This document shows positions 14,227-26,700 of a stretch of DNA of 64,000 nucleotides, piece after piece; position 1 is the stretch's first letter, and each line of letters opens with the position of its first letter. The position numbers and the translations under genes are program-made. This DNA comes from Cystobasidiomycetes sp. EMM_F5. Taxonomy: Eukaryota. Under the pieces are notes generated by a model, which saw only the letters and a list, made by a program, of their open reading frames with translations, was not told the origin of the DNA and ran no database searches. The stretch lies in the NCBI GenBank assembly GCA_051047955.1, contig JBPGPT010000003.1, forward strand, positions 434,001 to 498,000, given 5' to 3'.

Positions 14227-14830
14227 AGTGGTGTCTTGTGAGTGTGCGGAGAGTGATGTGCGGGATATCGATATCGAAGTGGGACGCAGAAGGCACAGTA
14301 CGCTACCAGTGAGGACTCAACCCATCGCGAACGAATTTTCAGCCTGCGTGACGACCGCACAACTCTGACGACATTCCTCGACGGTTTGGCCAACGGAGGA
14401 AGAGGACACTGCGCAACTTGAATAAAGAATGAACGAAATTCAGCACGGGACATGTCAGGTGGATGAAGATATCAGCAACGCAGCATGGATGAAGGTGTGA
14501 GACGATTGCGTTGCTGCAAATTCGTTATCATCATCGTGAAAGCCGAATCAAGGCCGATACAGTATTTGATGGCGATGGAGCCGCAATCCTTGCTCGGAAC
14601 CCGTTGCGGTGCATCAGGATCTAGATGGCATCCACGGAAATGCCAAAGAGTATCCATCACAGCAAGCTTGCTCTGAATTAACCGTTTGGCGGGACGCGTA
14701 GAGACAGCCGAAAGCGGCGATCAAGGGGCCCGAAAAACAACACGCTCAGCTGACTCCCAATACGGCAAACCTTGCACAAATCTGCTTGCTGGCCAATTCT
14801 GCAGGCCCATCACATCTGGGTTGTCCAGCC

Positions 14831-17051
14831 ATGGCGCTGGCACTCGTGGCAGGTATCACGGCTCTCCGCGTAGACTGCGATAACCATCCCGTCGGAGGTG
14901 CGACCTGCCAGGCGCGAGAGAGGGACACGACAAAGTGCAGTCTGCCTGCACACGGCGGGAAATGGTGCTCGAGGCATACTGCAATTCAGGGCAAACTTGG
15001 CAGAGCGTACCATGTAGGGCGGCCTCTACAGGCATTCGTGGTGGTAAAAGGGTATTGAATGGCCTTGTATCCATATCCTAGATATACAATGAAAAGATGG
15101 ACGCCTTTGGAGGCCCTTCAATCACGTACAGCGATATTGCGGCATGCAGTTCTATATCAACTCTGCTATCCTGGTCCCTGGCTACTCGACAACATTGGCT
15201 CTTGACAAAGCGCACCATAGAGGGGCGCAGATTGCACCATTTCTTATTCTACGAAGGCGGAGACGATGGTCATCAAGCATTCTTGCAAGTCTTGTACGAC
15301 CGTCAGGCTGAACTTGAAGAGAGGTTGTTGCAGCTGGATGACCGGGCGTATGATCTGCTCGTACAGGAGGAGTCTGCCGAATGGCTCGCAGAAAGGGTGC
15401 AGCCCGCAGACGCATGCGGGGTCGACACTTCGGATCCACACGGTCATTCCGATGGTCGCGATAGCGTGTGCGACGCGTCGCACCATGACACAACATCAAC
15501 TGTAGACAATGTCGGCACGCTAGCCGAACAGGAAGCCGTCGTTGAGGAGCTCGACAGTGACATTTCATCTACTCCCACACAACGAGAATGCTCGTGCAAG
15601 CTGCGAATACTCAAGTTTTTCAGCACAGCAGATTCGTTCACCGATACCGACCAGCCTGTCCGTCCGGAACTCAAACTCGCAAACGACATGCTCGAAAACA
15701 TTATTAGATATGTCATCTCACGCACACCCCGTGTTCTTGTACGCGCTCGCGCTTCCTCTTGTAAGTCGGTTCGAGCATTCCTCGAGAATGAGGATGGTAG
15801 TCTGCAGGACGAAGACTATCAGCATCTCTGTCGTGCTCTTACGTATGCACACTCTGGACGAGGCGGCCTCATCGCACCAAAGATTATGAGAGACGCAATC
15901 TGTGATGCCGAGAATCCAGAAGAGGCTGCATTGCCGAATAATACTAGCAGGACGAGCAATGAGCATGTAGCATTTTTGGGAGGTAAAGTTTGGAGGAAAC
16001 CTCTACGACAACGCGTGTCGCCAAGAGGCTGGGATCTCTTCTATCGATTCGTATGTCTGTGTGCTCAATCTAGCTTTGATATTACGGCTCACAATCCGAA
16101 CATCTAGGTTCCCTGCAAAGGCTGCGTATCTGCAGTCGTGCAGACCTTCAGCGATTGGTCACGCGTTTTCACTCAGGCAACATTGTCTGGCAGGTATCCC
16201 AACTGGGCAGGCGAAAACCTTGGTATAGACACAGAGTTCCGGCATTATGGTGCGATTTTGTCAAGCTTTGAATCCAGGGGCAAGCTAGGCAAGGTCGAAA
16301 CAATCAAGCCTCGCGTCAAAGGGAAAAGGTCGGTGTCGCTTGAAAAAGATTCAAGAAATTACATATTTCTTCGGTTTGTAAGTATTGACAAGAGCAGGCG
16401 CTACGCCCATGTCACACTAGGCTACTGCTGATCTCGTTACATCTGTCTTCATAGGACGAACGCAGTCCGCTCGCTCCAAAACTCAAGGAAAAAGGCGTAC
16501 CGAACGCAGTCGTTTGGCTCTGGCCCGCCACCCATTCGACACATATGTGCATGCCTGGACATGAATCGGTCTGGCAGACGCGCGTTCGTTCCGCATACAC
16601 ACCAGCGCAGCGTAAAGTCGCTAAATGGAGCCGCGATCGCAAGCTAGACGATGCACCGTGTACACATCGGCGCGCTCTGGAGGGATCGTACGAGATGCAG
16701 ATGGGACGACCCAAAGTCTTTCGAGAGGGAGCTCTGGATGCCTTCATTATCGATACTAGCTCGGACAAGCAGGACTTTAAGCGCTTCACGAAACGTATCA
16801 TCGATACTCTGAAGGCACTAGCTGAAGATCCTGAAGTCAATTGGAATGGAGGGCTTTTGCCTGATGAAGAGAAATTGGATCTTCATGACAAGGCCTTCCT
16901 CTCCTTCCGTGTTCTGTTTGTCCGCCGCTGTGACGATTGCGAAACGTACGCTCACACTCGAAGGAGGCGATACGCAACGGACTGCTGGGCTACTGGCGGA
17001 GTGAAGGCTCTCGAGCAGTCTTTGAAGGAGCAGACCGCGGAGACCGAATGA
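14831..17051 (+). CDS. Hypothetical protein with N-terminal C-x9-C-x9-C-x2-H motif, multi-exon
   Basis: ORFs 14786, 15097, 16138 and 16545 are joined by plausible GT-AG introns. Contains CQARERDTTKCSLPAHGGKWCSRH and an internal PCKGC. Confidence 0.65.
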
Positions 17052-17586
17052 GCCGGACTCGTTCTATAAGTCGACGAATAGATCAATGACTAGACTTCGC
17101 ACGACTCGTGCGATCACACAGCGACAATGCGAAAGCACCTTCAGGCAGCGACTTCGCGGACGAATCGTCTTTCGCAATCCTCTTATCCAACCCTGAAGGC
17201 AGTACAGACTTCCTCATTCCAGCTTGAAAGCCTGTCAAGCAAGTCTGGCTTCTGGAATTGCACGCATGTCAGACGCGCCCCACGACCTCCTAGTATCAGG
17301 AAGGGCTATGAAACTTAGGCGAGCTCCGCTGCGACTCGCCAAATAAGTCTGATAGGACCGGGCCACCTTCACGAAATACGATCATGTTGTGGTGGACAAG
17401 CTGTCTTCGAGATAGTCAAAAAAGTAACAAAGGGTATGCCTATTACTGCACATGATGGTCAATGCTGTGCTTCTTGCACAATGAATTTAGCTGCATCGCC
17501 ATTTCGTCAATATGAAATCACAATTCGACATCGATCCTTGCTTTCTGGTCACATCCATAGACCTCCTCATCACTCCTTTCTATACG

Positions 17587-18273
17587 ATGCCTACTCGCAT
17601 GAATACGTATGCGGCTACCCGGAACGCGATTGTCCTCAGCAACGGTACCTATTCGTTCAAGATCCCTGGAAATGGACAATATGTCGACGTATACGTGCGA
17701 ATTGTTGACCCTCAGGATGAGTACACAAGGCTACATGCCACACCTTACGTTGTGCAACAAATTGGCACAGCAAATTTTAACGAAATCGTCATTTGGAAAT
17801 CGCCTAGGGGTAGTCTGTTCGCCGTTCTCGGACCCGGCGCTGCACAAAATCGAAGCTACGAGGACATCACGGGCGCCATGGAGAAGACCTCTACGCCAGA
17901 GTCGAAGTGGGAACCACTTCAAATAGCTGCTTGGGCACAGAATTCGCAAGCGAGCAGTAGCACTGCCAATGTCACCGGCTCATCGGCCCGGGGTCCCATG
18001 AGGACCGCCTTTCCTCAACAATATGCAAGCTCTGCAGTATGGTCTGCTACTGAAGCTTCACAGCCGACCGGGCAGCAAACCGCGCCGCGAAATTCTAGGT
18101 CCCCAGGCGAGGTCGCTGCACCCGCCACCTTCGTTGGTGGTGTGCGTCGAGGCGGCAGAGGAGGGTCGAGCGTGAGGGGTCGAGGAAGTAACAAGAAAAA
18201 GGTGGATTTTTCTCCCTACGTCTCACTATATCAAGCTAACCGTATAATCGGATCTACACAGAAACCCTCGTAA
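17587..18273 (+). CDS. Hypothetical (orphan-like) protein with RGG-rich basic tail
   Basis: ORF of about 230 codons with a beta-rich N-half and VRRGGRGGSSVRGRGSNKKK. Possible in-frame 60-nt intron near the 3' end (GCTAAC branch point). Start could instead be 17512. Confidence 0.55.
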   Translation: MPTRMNTYAATRNAIVLSNGTYSFKIPGNGQYVDVYVRIVDPQDEYTRLHATPYVVQQIGTANFNEIVIWKSPRGSLFAVLGPGAAQNRSYEDITGAMEKTSTPESKWEPLQIAAWAQNSQASSSTANVTGSSARGPMRTAFPQQYASSAVWSATEASQPTGQQTAPRNSRSPGEVAAPATFVGGVRRGGRGGSSVRGRGSNKKKVDFSPYVSLYQANRIIGSTQKPS

Positions 18274-18761
18274 GGAGGGCAACGAAAGCACGAGGAACCT
18301 TAGCGGAATGCTCCAGGAACCCGAGCGTACTCGAAGTATTCTATTATCTGCTATTTTCACTCTGCCTGCGACTGGTATTCATAACTTGCGTCTTACAGGA
18401 AGTCACTTGCATTTGTACATTATGTGCTACAATATGAAACTCTATAGATTGAAACAGCTTGCGACATCTGTACTTGAGTACGAAGGGAAGGCTCAGTGCT
18501 CAATGCCGCGGAGTACTTCTGTCAGCCTGTCTCAACGATGCTGCGCAAATTTTAGTCTGTAAGAAAAGACGTCGGCAGTACGCGTCATCTCATGCTTGCG
18601 GGTTGGATTTGATGCATGCCAGAAATCTGTAACGTCACCGAGCACCGTCCGAATGCTGCTCTCGCTTACTTAATATTTAAATGCCTAGCGGCGCGCCTAG
18701 CAGACGGAGTAATTGCACGAGTGAACTGCCTTGCCTCTATAAATTGCTGACGCCATAATGT

Positions 18762-21474
18762 CTAAGTTACCAGTTTCCTACAGGAGAGGTCAGTACTAGG
18801 AAGGTCCTGTGCAACTTGGGACAACGCACTGAATTTCCGTAATGATACTCTGTGGGTCTAGTCCTTGGAATCTGTAATATAGGCGTGTGTCAGCACGCTG
18901 TTGCGTTAGACTGGGAATACTGGAAACTGACGGGATTTGCTCGGTCAAGCCGCCTATAACATCAGGTACAGATTCTGTCAGGCCGTTATCTCGAATAAAA
19001 GTGCACTGTTGTGACTCACCGCATCCTTCGCGAGTCGAGCCCATCCTCTTGAACTTTGGCGTCAGATGACGCTCGAGCAGCATCGTACCCAAGCGAGATC
19101 CAAGACCGGTCTTTTCGTTCCACGACTCTGCAACAAGAACAAATTTGGAGTTTCCGATAAGCTGAAGTGCCTCCTCGTCAACGAGATTGACCGAGACTTT
19201 GTTGATGACACCAATCTTGAGGCCCTTCTCCTTTGTTGCCAGACGATCGACAGCATCGACGACTCTGTAGAGCATCTCGCCGAATGTAACGACCCAACCA
19301 TCGCATGCTTTCGGATCGCTAGCACCTCGGATAATCTCGTCTTTGCCGGGTGTAAAGACGTAATCTGAGCTCTCGAAGAAACGCTCCTGGGTACCCTCCT
19401 TCAGAATCCAAGGTACCTTGGAGCGCGTGCTGAAGACGAAGCGGATACCGTGCTCGAAGAAGACCTTGGAAATGACCTTCTTCATCTGAGCAGGGTCTGC
19501 TGGGAAGTACAAGTAAGAGTTGGTATCGGAGAGGCCGTTGTCGACGTAGAGGTTGTTGATACCGAAATGGCACTGTCAACAAGATGGCTCTCAGCGCTCA
19601 AACATGTACTCTTCCCGACTACGTATTGCTTACAGTGTTATCAGCCATTTCGTCGACTCCGGAATGTGAGAAGTGGCAGAGCAGATTGCAATCGTTCAAG
19701 CGAGCCATAGTGAGTTCGGAAATGCACATTTCTGCAAAAGCAGAGAAAGTAGAGAAGACACCCTGCTTCTCTCCACCAAAGCCAAATCCAGCTGCAGCTG
19801 ACAGGTTGCCACGTTCCATAATTCCGCTCGGTACGAAGACGTCTGGATGGCGTTGATGAATGACTTTCAAACCGGTGGAGCCTTCCAAGTCGGAGTCGAT
19901 GACCATGACGTCTTTCTTGCGGTCTGGGTTCTCGTCGAGCACGTCGGATACAGCGTCACCGAAAACGACGCGATTGGCGCCGACCTCGCGAGTGCTGCCA
20001 ATGTAGAGATATGGATCGGGTGACGGCCTGATTGTGTCGTAAATCTTGGTAATCTCGCCGCTGTTGACGGACATTTTAGTCTCGTCCCGATTCATATATA
20101 AGAATCTGCGGGCCACCCACTTCTTATCGTAGCCTCGCTTCTTGAGGTACGCTAGAGCCTTCGGGACTGGAATGACATCGTGTCCGTGCGGAGATCCTTC
20201 AATACCATCAACGCCTGGCGCCATCTTACGCTGAGAAATGACGGCAACTGATGTCGATACATTTGCATTAGTATTTAAGCCTAGCAAGATGAAAGAACAC
20301 TCACAAGGTCCTGGCGTAGACATTGCTTCGCACATGCCTGCATATAGATCAGCAAAGTCTTCGCCGTTGACGTGCTTGACCTTCATTCCGTGTCCTTGCA
20401 GAGTCTTTGTGAGGTTGTAGCCCTTCAGATACTCGGAAGGATGTCCGGCGACTGAAAGAATCGCAGTCACGCTCAGACTGGCTGCGTGATAAAATCAATT
20501 TAACGCTGGATTCACTTACTGGTCACATCGTTGTCGTCAAAGAAGAGCTTGACATTGAGATTCTGAGCGACTGCAAGACGAGCCGCTTCGGCATCGTTGC
20601 CTTCTTGGAAAGAGCTGTGATAACGGTATGTTAGCGGAAAGACCCAGCCCACACACATATTCTTCACCCATCGGATCTATGTGAAGATGTAAGAATGTAA
20701 GTGAAACTGTAGCAGATCAAAGTGCGCTCACCCCAGGCAGCAAACAATCTTGTCCCGGTTTGCCATTGCGACACCATTCACAAGCGGCCTGTGCGGGGTC
20801 GTCTCTTAGTATGCGACACCTTCATCACGCATGACCTACGACATACCACATGTGTCCTGAATATTCGCAACCCTCATGTCAGTCTAGCAATCAATATACT
20901 GCTCAATATGACGTACCTAGACGACCAGAGGAGAATTTGACACCCGGAGTCAGACCGAGCTCGGGATGACCTGGAAGCTTGGAGTTGGCTGCTCTATAGT
21001 AGAGGAGGTGTTCTGGCGGGATATCGCCGTGAACAGCAGACAGAAAATACTGTTGAACGTGATGTGAAATTGCCCTCAGCGGACGAAGCAGCTTTGCACA
21101 CTCTCGCAACTCACCTGCGTCGCTACACGATGACCAGCCTCATCAAAGTGAATGGGAACAAACTTGTCCTTGATGTCTTTATTTGTAAAGAAAGCTTCGA
21201 GGATTGTCGCCTCCGGCGCCGTGTCGTAGGGTCCGCCGGTATGGCCAGCGACGCCTCTACCCGCACCGCACGCCGTGAAGAAGATGATGGAGTCTCTCAT
21301 AATCTCGATATTGCGAGTCAGTCCCTTGAGCTGCTCGCCCGACAGCTTTGAATTGCTGAAGTCGAGCTTCAACGCCGCTGGGTTGTACTCGTTGAACGGG
21401 ATGTTGCCAAAGCCCTCGACATTCTGGGAGCCCTGTCCACGAGTGTGGTCTGCAGAGGATTGCTGGGTTGTCAT
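18762..21474 (-). CDS. Transketolase-like ThDP-dependent enzyme, many exons
   Basis: GHTGGPYD, LPGHPELG, SSGRLGHMWP, ThDP motif GSDGSFQEG...DDND, IDSDLEGSTG, GIMERGN and HFSHSGVDEMADN. Confidence 0.9.
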
Positions 21475-21618
21475 TGCTTGCTGTTTGTTGCGTAAAGCGT
21501 GGTTGACAGGTAGCTGGCAAGAGAGGCAGCCTTAGAATACATTTCTGATGACCGCATCTTCGCCGACAGGACGATAATCATTTATGGAGCAGCATTCGAC
21601 TGCTAAAGCTGCTCGCTC

Positions 21619-23279
21619 ATGTCGTACTACTACACGGTAGCAGCGAGGACTCTCAGGCATTACATTGGCAATCCTCCGGTTACCAGCGGTGAGGGACCTG
21701 ACGCCGTAGCGAACAATGACGATTACGAGTCAAAGCCGAATGGTCAGCACCCCATCAAGAAGAAGGCCCGACCTTCTCTGAATGAAGTATTCACTCCGCC
21801 AGAAGCAACCGCAGAGCCGTCGTCCTCACCAGGAACCTCAGCTGCAGTCGCCACCTCCAGCGTCACCGCGTCCGTATCATCTAGGGTCCTGTTTCAGTCT
21901 GGCACTTCAATAGACCCGTATAATCCGTCTCAGAATAATAGAATACCTCTGCTCGTCTTCTGCCCGTGCATGCTGCCGACCCTGGTCGACGAAGTTGCAG
22001 TGCAGGAATCAGTGGCAAAGCTCGAGCAATATGCCCAACAACCCTACCTTCTTGTCATCTTTGCCTCTCCTTCTCCCTCAGTCGCCATTCAACGCCTAGT
22101 ACAAGCATACCGAAGTCTCTCGAGCCATGCCAGACGAAATGTCAAGCGGATATGGGTGTGCCATCCTGGCCTGTTTACGCGTCTGTGAGTATCATTCCCG
22201 TGGGTTGCAGATGGTCCCGGCTAAGTCCATGTCGTCAAGTGCCGTTCGCCTGTTTCTCAACGCCATCGTATCCGGCAAGGTCGCTCAGAAAGGCAAAGTG
22301 CGATTAGTAGACTCGCTGTCTGCCCTTGCACGAGACATCGATATTGCGCAGTGAGTGCTAATAAGCATAGCGTCTGCTCCGGCTTAACGAGTGTCCCCGT
22401 CAGCATAAACATACCTTATGATGTGTTGATGCACAATGCTACTGTTGAAAGCCGGATCATCTTACCTCCACATTACGCGAAGCCAGCCGTGTTCGGCCGA
22501 CCACTCGAGAAAATGACAAGCCCATCGGATCTCCCTGTCGTCGTAACAGACTGTCTAGCCTTGCTCTCACAGACAGAGAGCCTACACACGGTCGGCATAT
22601 TCCGCAAGGTGCCTCGCATGAGCGCCTTGGACCAGCTACGAGACGCATACGAACGAGGGCAGCCTATAACACTCGATGAATGGCCAGATGGCGTAATACT
22701 GGCAGCGTCACTCTTGAAGCTTTTCCTCCGCAGTCTGCCCACACCCCTCTTGCCAGCCAGCCTGTATGCGAACATACGAGGAGATTACTCGTCAGATGTA
22801 GACGCAGCTTGGATCAGGACATCGCTATTGCCGGCGCTTGAGCAACAACATCCGGATGGACTGTCTGCAGTCATTCTGCTACGGGCAGTATTTGGCTTGC
22901 TGTCAAAAGTCGCGGCATACTCTGGTAATTGAGTCTCGGTCGACCATCTCCTATTTTTTGACGCTTTCTATCGTAATCCGCAGAAGTCAACAGAATGACC
23001 GCAAGCAACCTTGTGATTATCTTTCTGCCGGTTTTAGTGTACCCCACATTCAAGGCAACAGATACTGATGCCAATCCTGAGCACAAGATGGATATTTCTG
23101 TCGAGTCATTGAAGGCATTGGCGTCATTAGGGTCGAATTTCAGCGGATCTGGCGACCGGGAATCTATCAGTCATATTATTACACTGATGATTGCAGATTC
23201 TGAGTGTTTCATGTATGAGGAAGATCAGCTACAGAACGGCACTATGCCGGCAGCCTGGTCGTCAAACGTAAGTCTATGA
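21619..23279 (+). CDS. BCH (CRAL-TRIO-like) plus RhoGAP protein (ARHGAP1/Ecm25-like)
   Basis: AYRSLSSHARRNVKRIWVCHP (BCH), GIFRKVP (arginine finger), ASLLKLFLRSLPTPLL and NRMTASNLVIIFLP. Confidence 0.88.
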
Positions 23280-23702
23280 TCTCTATCAGCAGATATACAG
23301 GCCGTCAGCGCTGATGACACGCAAAGAATGCGGCGAAGACGTCAGACGACAAAAGTGCGGCCAGTAGCATCTTTGCGGGGTCTCCATCCAAGTATCGAAC
23401 ACTCAAGACGAGGTCAACGCAATCTCCTGAAAGAAGACAGCACGTTGAAGGGTTATTTGCGATGCGGCAAGAGAATGGACACTGAGTCTTCACAGAGTCT
23501 GTAGCAGCGCTGTCTTGTCGTTGTACTTGTTTGCTTCTGTCACAAAGTCGGCCCATGGCCTGATCGGCAATTTCGGATCCTCGTACGAGGCGACCATCCA
23601 AGTCGAGCGACGGCTGACTTCGACGAGCAGGCTGCAATGTCGCCAACGGGCATGAGAGCCAACTAAACTCGAGTACAACAGCACATACTCGCACCCTCAG
23701 CC

Positions 23703-26700
23703 ATGGACGCCGACTTTGACTTTCTCAGCTACCTCGACCTCGGCCAAGATGGATTCAGTCAAGGCAGTGGCGGCAACAGCCATAATTACATGGACTTTGC
23801 ACCGGGGACAGCTTCTGATGATGGCAGGAGTTTGCATGGGAGTACGGGAATGATGAGCTTCCCGGCTGCCGCCTCAGTCGCTTCCTCGTATGGCTCGCCG
23901 CAGCTGTTTCAGCAACAGGACGCAATGTCGTACCATAACGTCAATGGCGGATATAATGGACAGCCAGCTCTTGCTCGGTTAGCCAACAAGATGCCTACCA
24001 TTGCAGTCAACGATGCAGATTATAATACTGCACTATCCCATCGTCGCGTTTCCTCGTATTCCGACTATATTCCACCGTCCATAACATCAGGAAGTCTGCA
24101 AGGCTCGCTGTCGCCTGCGTCGGCTCCTTCCCCGCCTTTCGATACTTCGGTCTTCGCAAGACAGCAGCAGCAGCTGCACACACAGCCGTACTTTCAGCAG
24201 AATCAACAGCTTCACAGCCAACAATGGCCTGCACCGCATACATCGCAACAGCAGCAGTTACCATACGGCAATCAGAAAGATGCCAACGTGCAGTCTTTCG
24301 GAACGGACAGCATCACAAATGTCAACGGTGCCACTCCGTCTGCTCAGTTGCAGCAACTGCTTCTCGCCAATGCCCAATTACAGCTACAACTGCAGCTTCA
24401 GCAGCAATATGCCCAGCAGTTGCGCCCAAGCGATCTCTCCAGTAGTCACGCTGGAGTCAACATGTTGCACGGCCTGCAAAGTCCCCCTTCTGCTGCGGAA
24501 TCTTCTTTTGGTAGCAGTACCGCTTCCAGTCACGCCAGTAATGCTGCATCTCCAGTACACAGCGACATATCATCGTCAGCTTCGCATGACTTATACAAGT
24601 ACTCGACCAGTATGCAAGACTTGCCAATCCATCAGGTGGCCTCGCAGCCCAGCGCAGTACCAGCTGCAAGCTGTAAGGACAAAAATCTATGCGACATGAG
24701 CTTGTCTGATCATTATGATTATCCAGCAATGATACAGCAAAGTATGTCGGCTGCAGCGTCGAATATGCTCGCAGACACAATGGCGTCAGTCGCAGACGTC
24801 GTGACCGGGCCAGCGGTACCGCCCAAAAAAGCGACCTTGAAACGTTCGTATCAAGTGGTCAAGGAGGAGGAGGAGGAAGAGCCAAGTATACGAAGCAAAG
24901 TGCAAGCATCTTCGACAAAAGCGCTTGTACCTATTGCAGCAGCTCCCGGAATTTCTTCCACCTTAACTCCCGTCGAAGAGGCTGTATCGAACACCGCATC
25001 GCTCAAAGTGCCAGGCGGGCACAATGCCGTCGAACAAAAGTATCGTCGAGGTATCAATGATTCTCTCATTATGTTACGAGAGATTGTACCCGCTTTGCAC
25101 CATTTACGAGCGCCACCTGGTGTTATCGCTAGTAAGCGCAAGATTTCACAATTCGCCCTTGCAGCATCTGCTACGCCAGCAGCTCCTTCCACTCTTGTAG
25201 ATGGTGTCATACCGCCAAAGAAGCTGTCAAAGCAGCTCATTCTCGTGGCAGCTACCGACTACATCCGCTTTCTGGCATCTCGGAGAGCTGAACTTGAGGC
25301 CGAAGTTTCCATGCTCCGCGAGACTTTGTCAGAATGCGTCGAGGACGCTAATGTAGTCTTTGGCATATTCGAGAAGCGGTGGACCGATAAGCGACGCGCT
25401 TTCGAGGAAGACAGAGAAGCTATCTATGCCGATCGTAAGATACGGAAGAAGGGTTCATCAGGAGATAGCTTGTCCGAATCATTCGATAGTCGCAAGCGCG
25501 CAAAGCTCGAGGATGGCTCCACAAACAAGTTGGAATCTCCGGATGACAGCAACGCCGAGGACGATGACGAGGATGACGACGACGATGAAGATATGCAAGA
25601 TGACATCCCCGTCGTCGCCACTTCCAGTGCTTTGCCGCAGAAAGGTAAAGCCAGAGCCAGAGCTGGGAAATCAGCACAACCAGGCGCCGCCTCCAAAGGC
25701 AGGCAGAAATCTGGACCAACAGCCGCTGCTGGCTCAATGACAAGTAAAGGCAGGACGGGGCCGCCAAAGGCCTTGATGAGTGTCTTTGCTGGAGTTTCAT
25801 TCGCAGGTGGAGCCGGCTATGACATGCTGTACGGCGCGTCCGGAGAGTCTGCTCGTGCGCAAGGGGTCTCAACTGCCGAAGCTCCACGTGTTTGGTCGCA
25901 GGGGCTGGTCAAACGTAGCGCAGCACTTCTTGCAACGGACGTCACACAACAAGTCAACCAGACTGCAGCGCTACACCCGCTTCAAACATTCTTCCTCGAA
26001 AGACCTGCGCTTCTTAGCGGACTCGTAATGCTGGCAATGTCATGCATTATCAGCTATATAGTCTTCTACCTCGTTCCAGCCACATATAAGACCCTCACTC
26101 GCGACAACTCGGCCCGCAAGAGACGCGAAGCCAGATCTGTTTTGTTGGCAGCGAGCAAGAAACCCGAAGCCTCCTCCTTACAGCAACAACGCAAAGCTCT
26201 TGATTATCTGGCTGGCGGTCCGGCCACAAAGATCATGGCTCTGATCAGCTTACCCAGTCTGATACTGTCGTTCGCTTTCAGCAGTATAGTTGGCTGTGCT
26301 GGACTTTCTAGTCAAAGTGTTGAAGTCGACTCCGCCGAAACGGAAAGAGCTGCGTCTGCTACTCGTAGCTTGGAATTATGCTTCGCTGGAGCATCGCAAG
26401 GAGGAAGCTTCGCTGCGATGACCTCTTTCTTCCGTCTGTATAACCTCAGGCATTCTTCGCATTGGCCAAACTCCCCCGACCTTACCATCAAAGCCGACAC
26501 TATAATGGCCATTGCAGCCATTCACTGCTTCGGCAAGTATGGCTCTGCCCTCGCGCGGAGATTATGGCAGCGAGCTGGATTTATCGCAAAGAAAGATGCT
26601 TCCCAAATCCAACCGTGGGTCGCCATGTCGGTACAATCGGATCTGGCTGCGGTGATTGGTGCGTTTGAAGCAAGTCCTTCCCCTTCGCCACTCTTTGCGG

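Noticed and set aside
23305..23694. 129-aa minus-strand ORF between RhoGAP and SRE1
   Set aside because: No motif, and it occupies the SRE1 promoter/5'UTR, so it is probably spurious.
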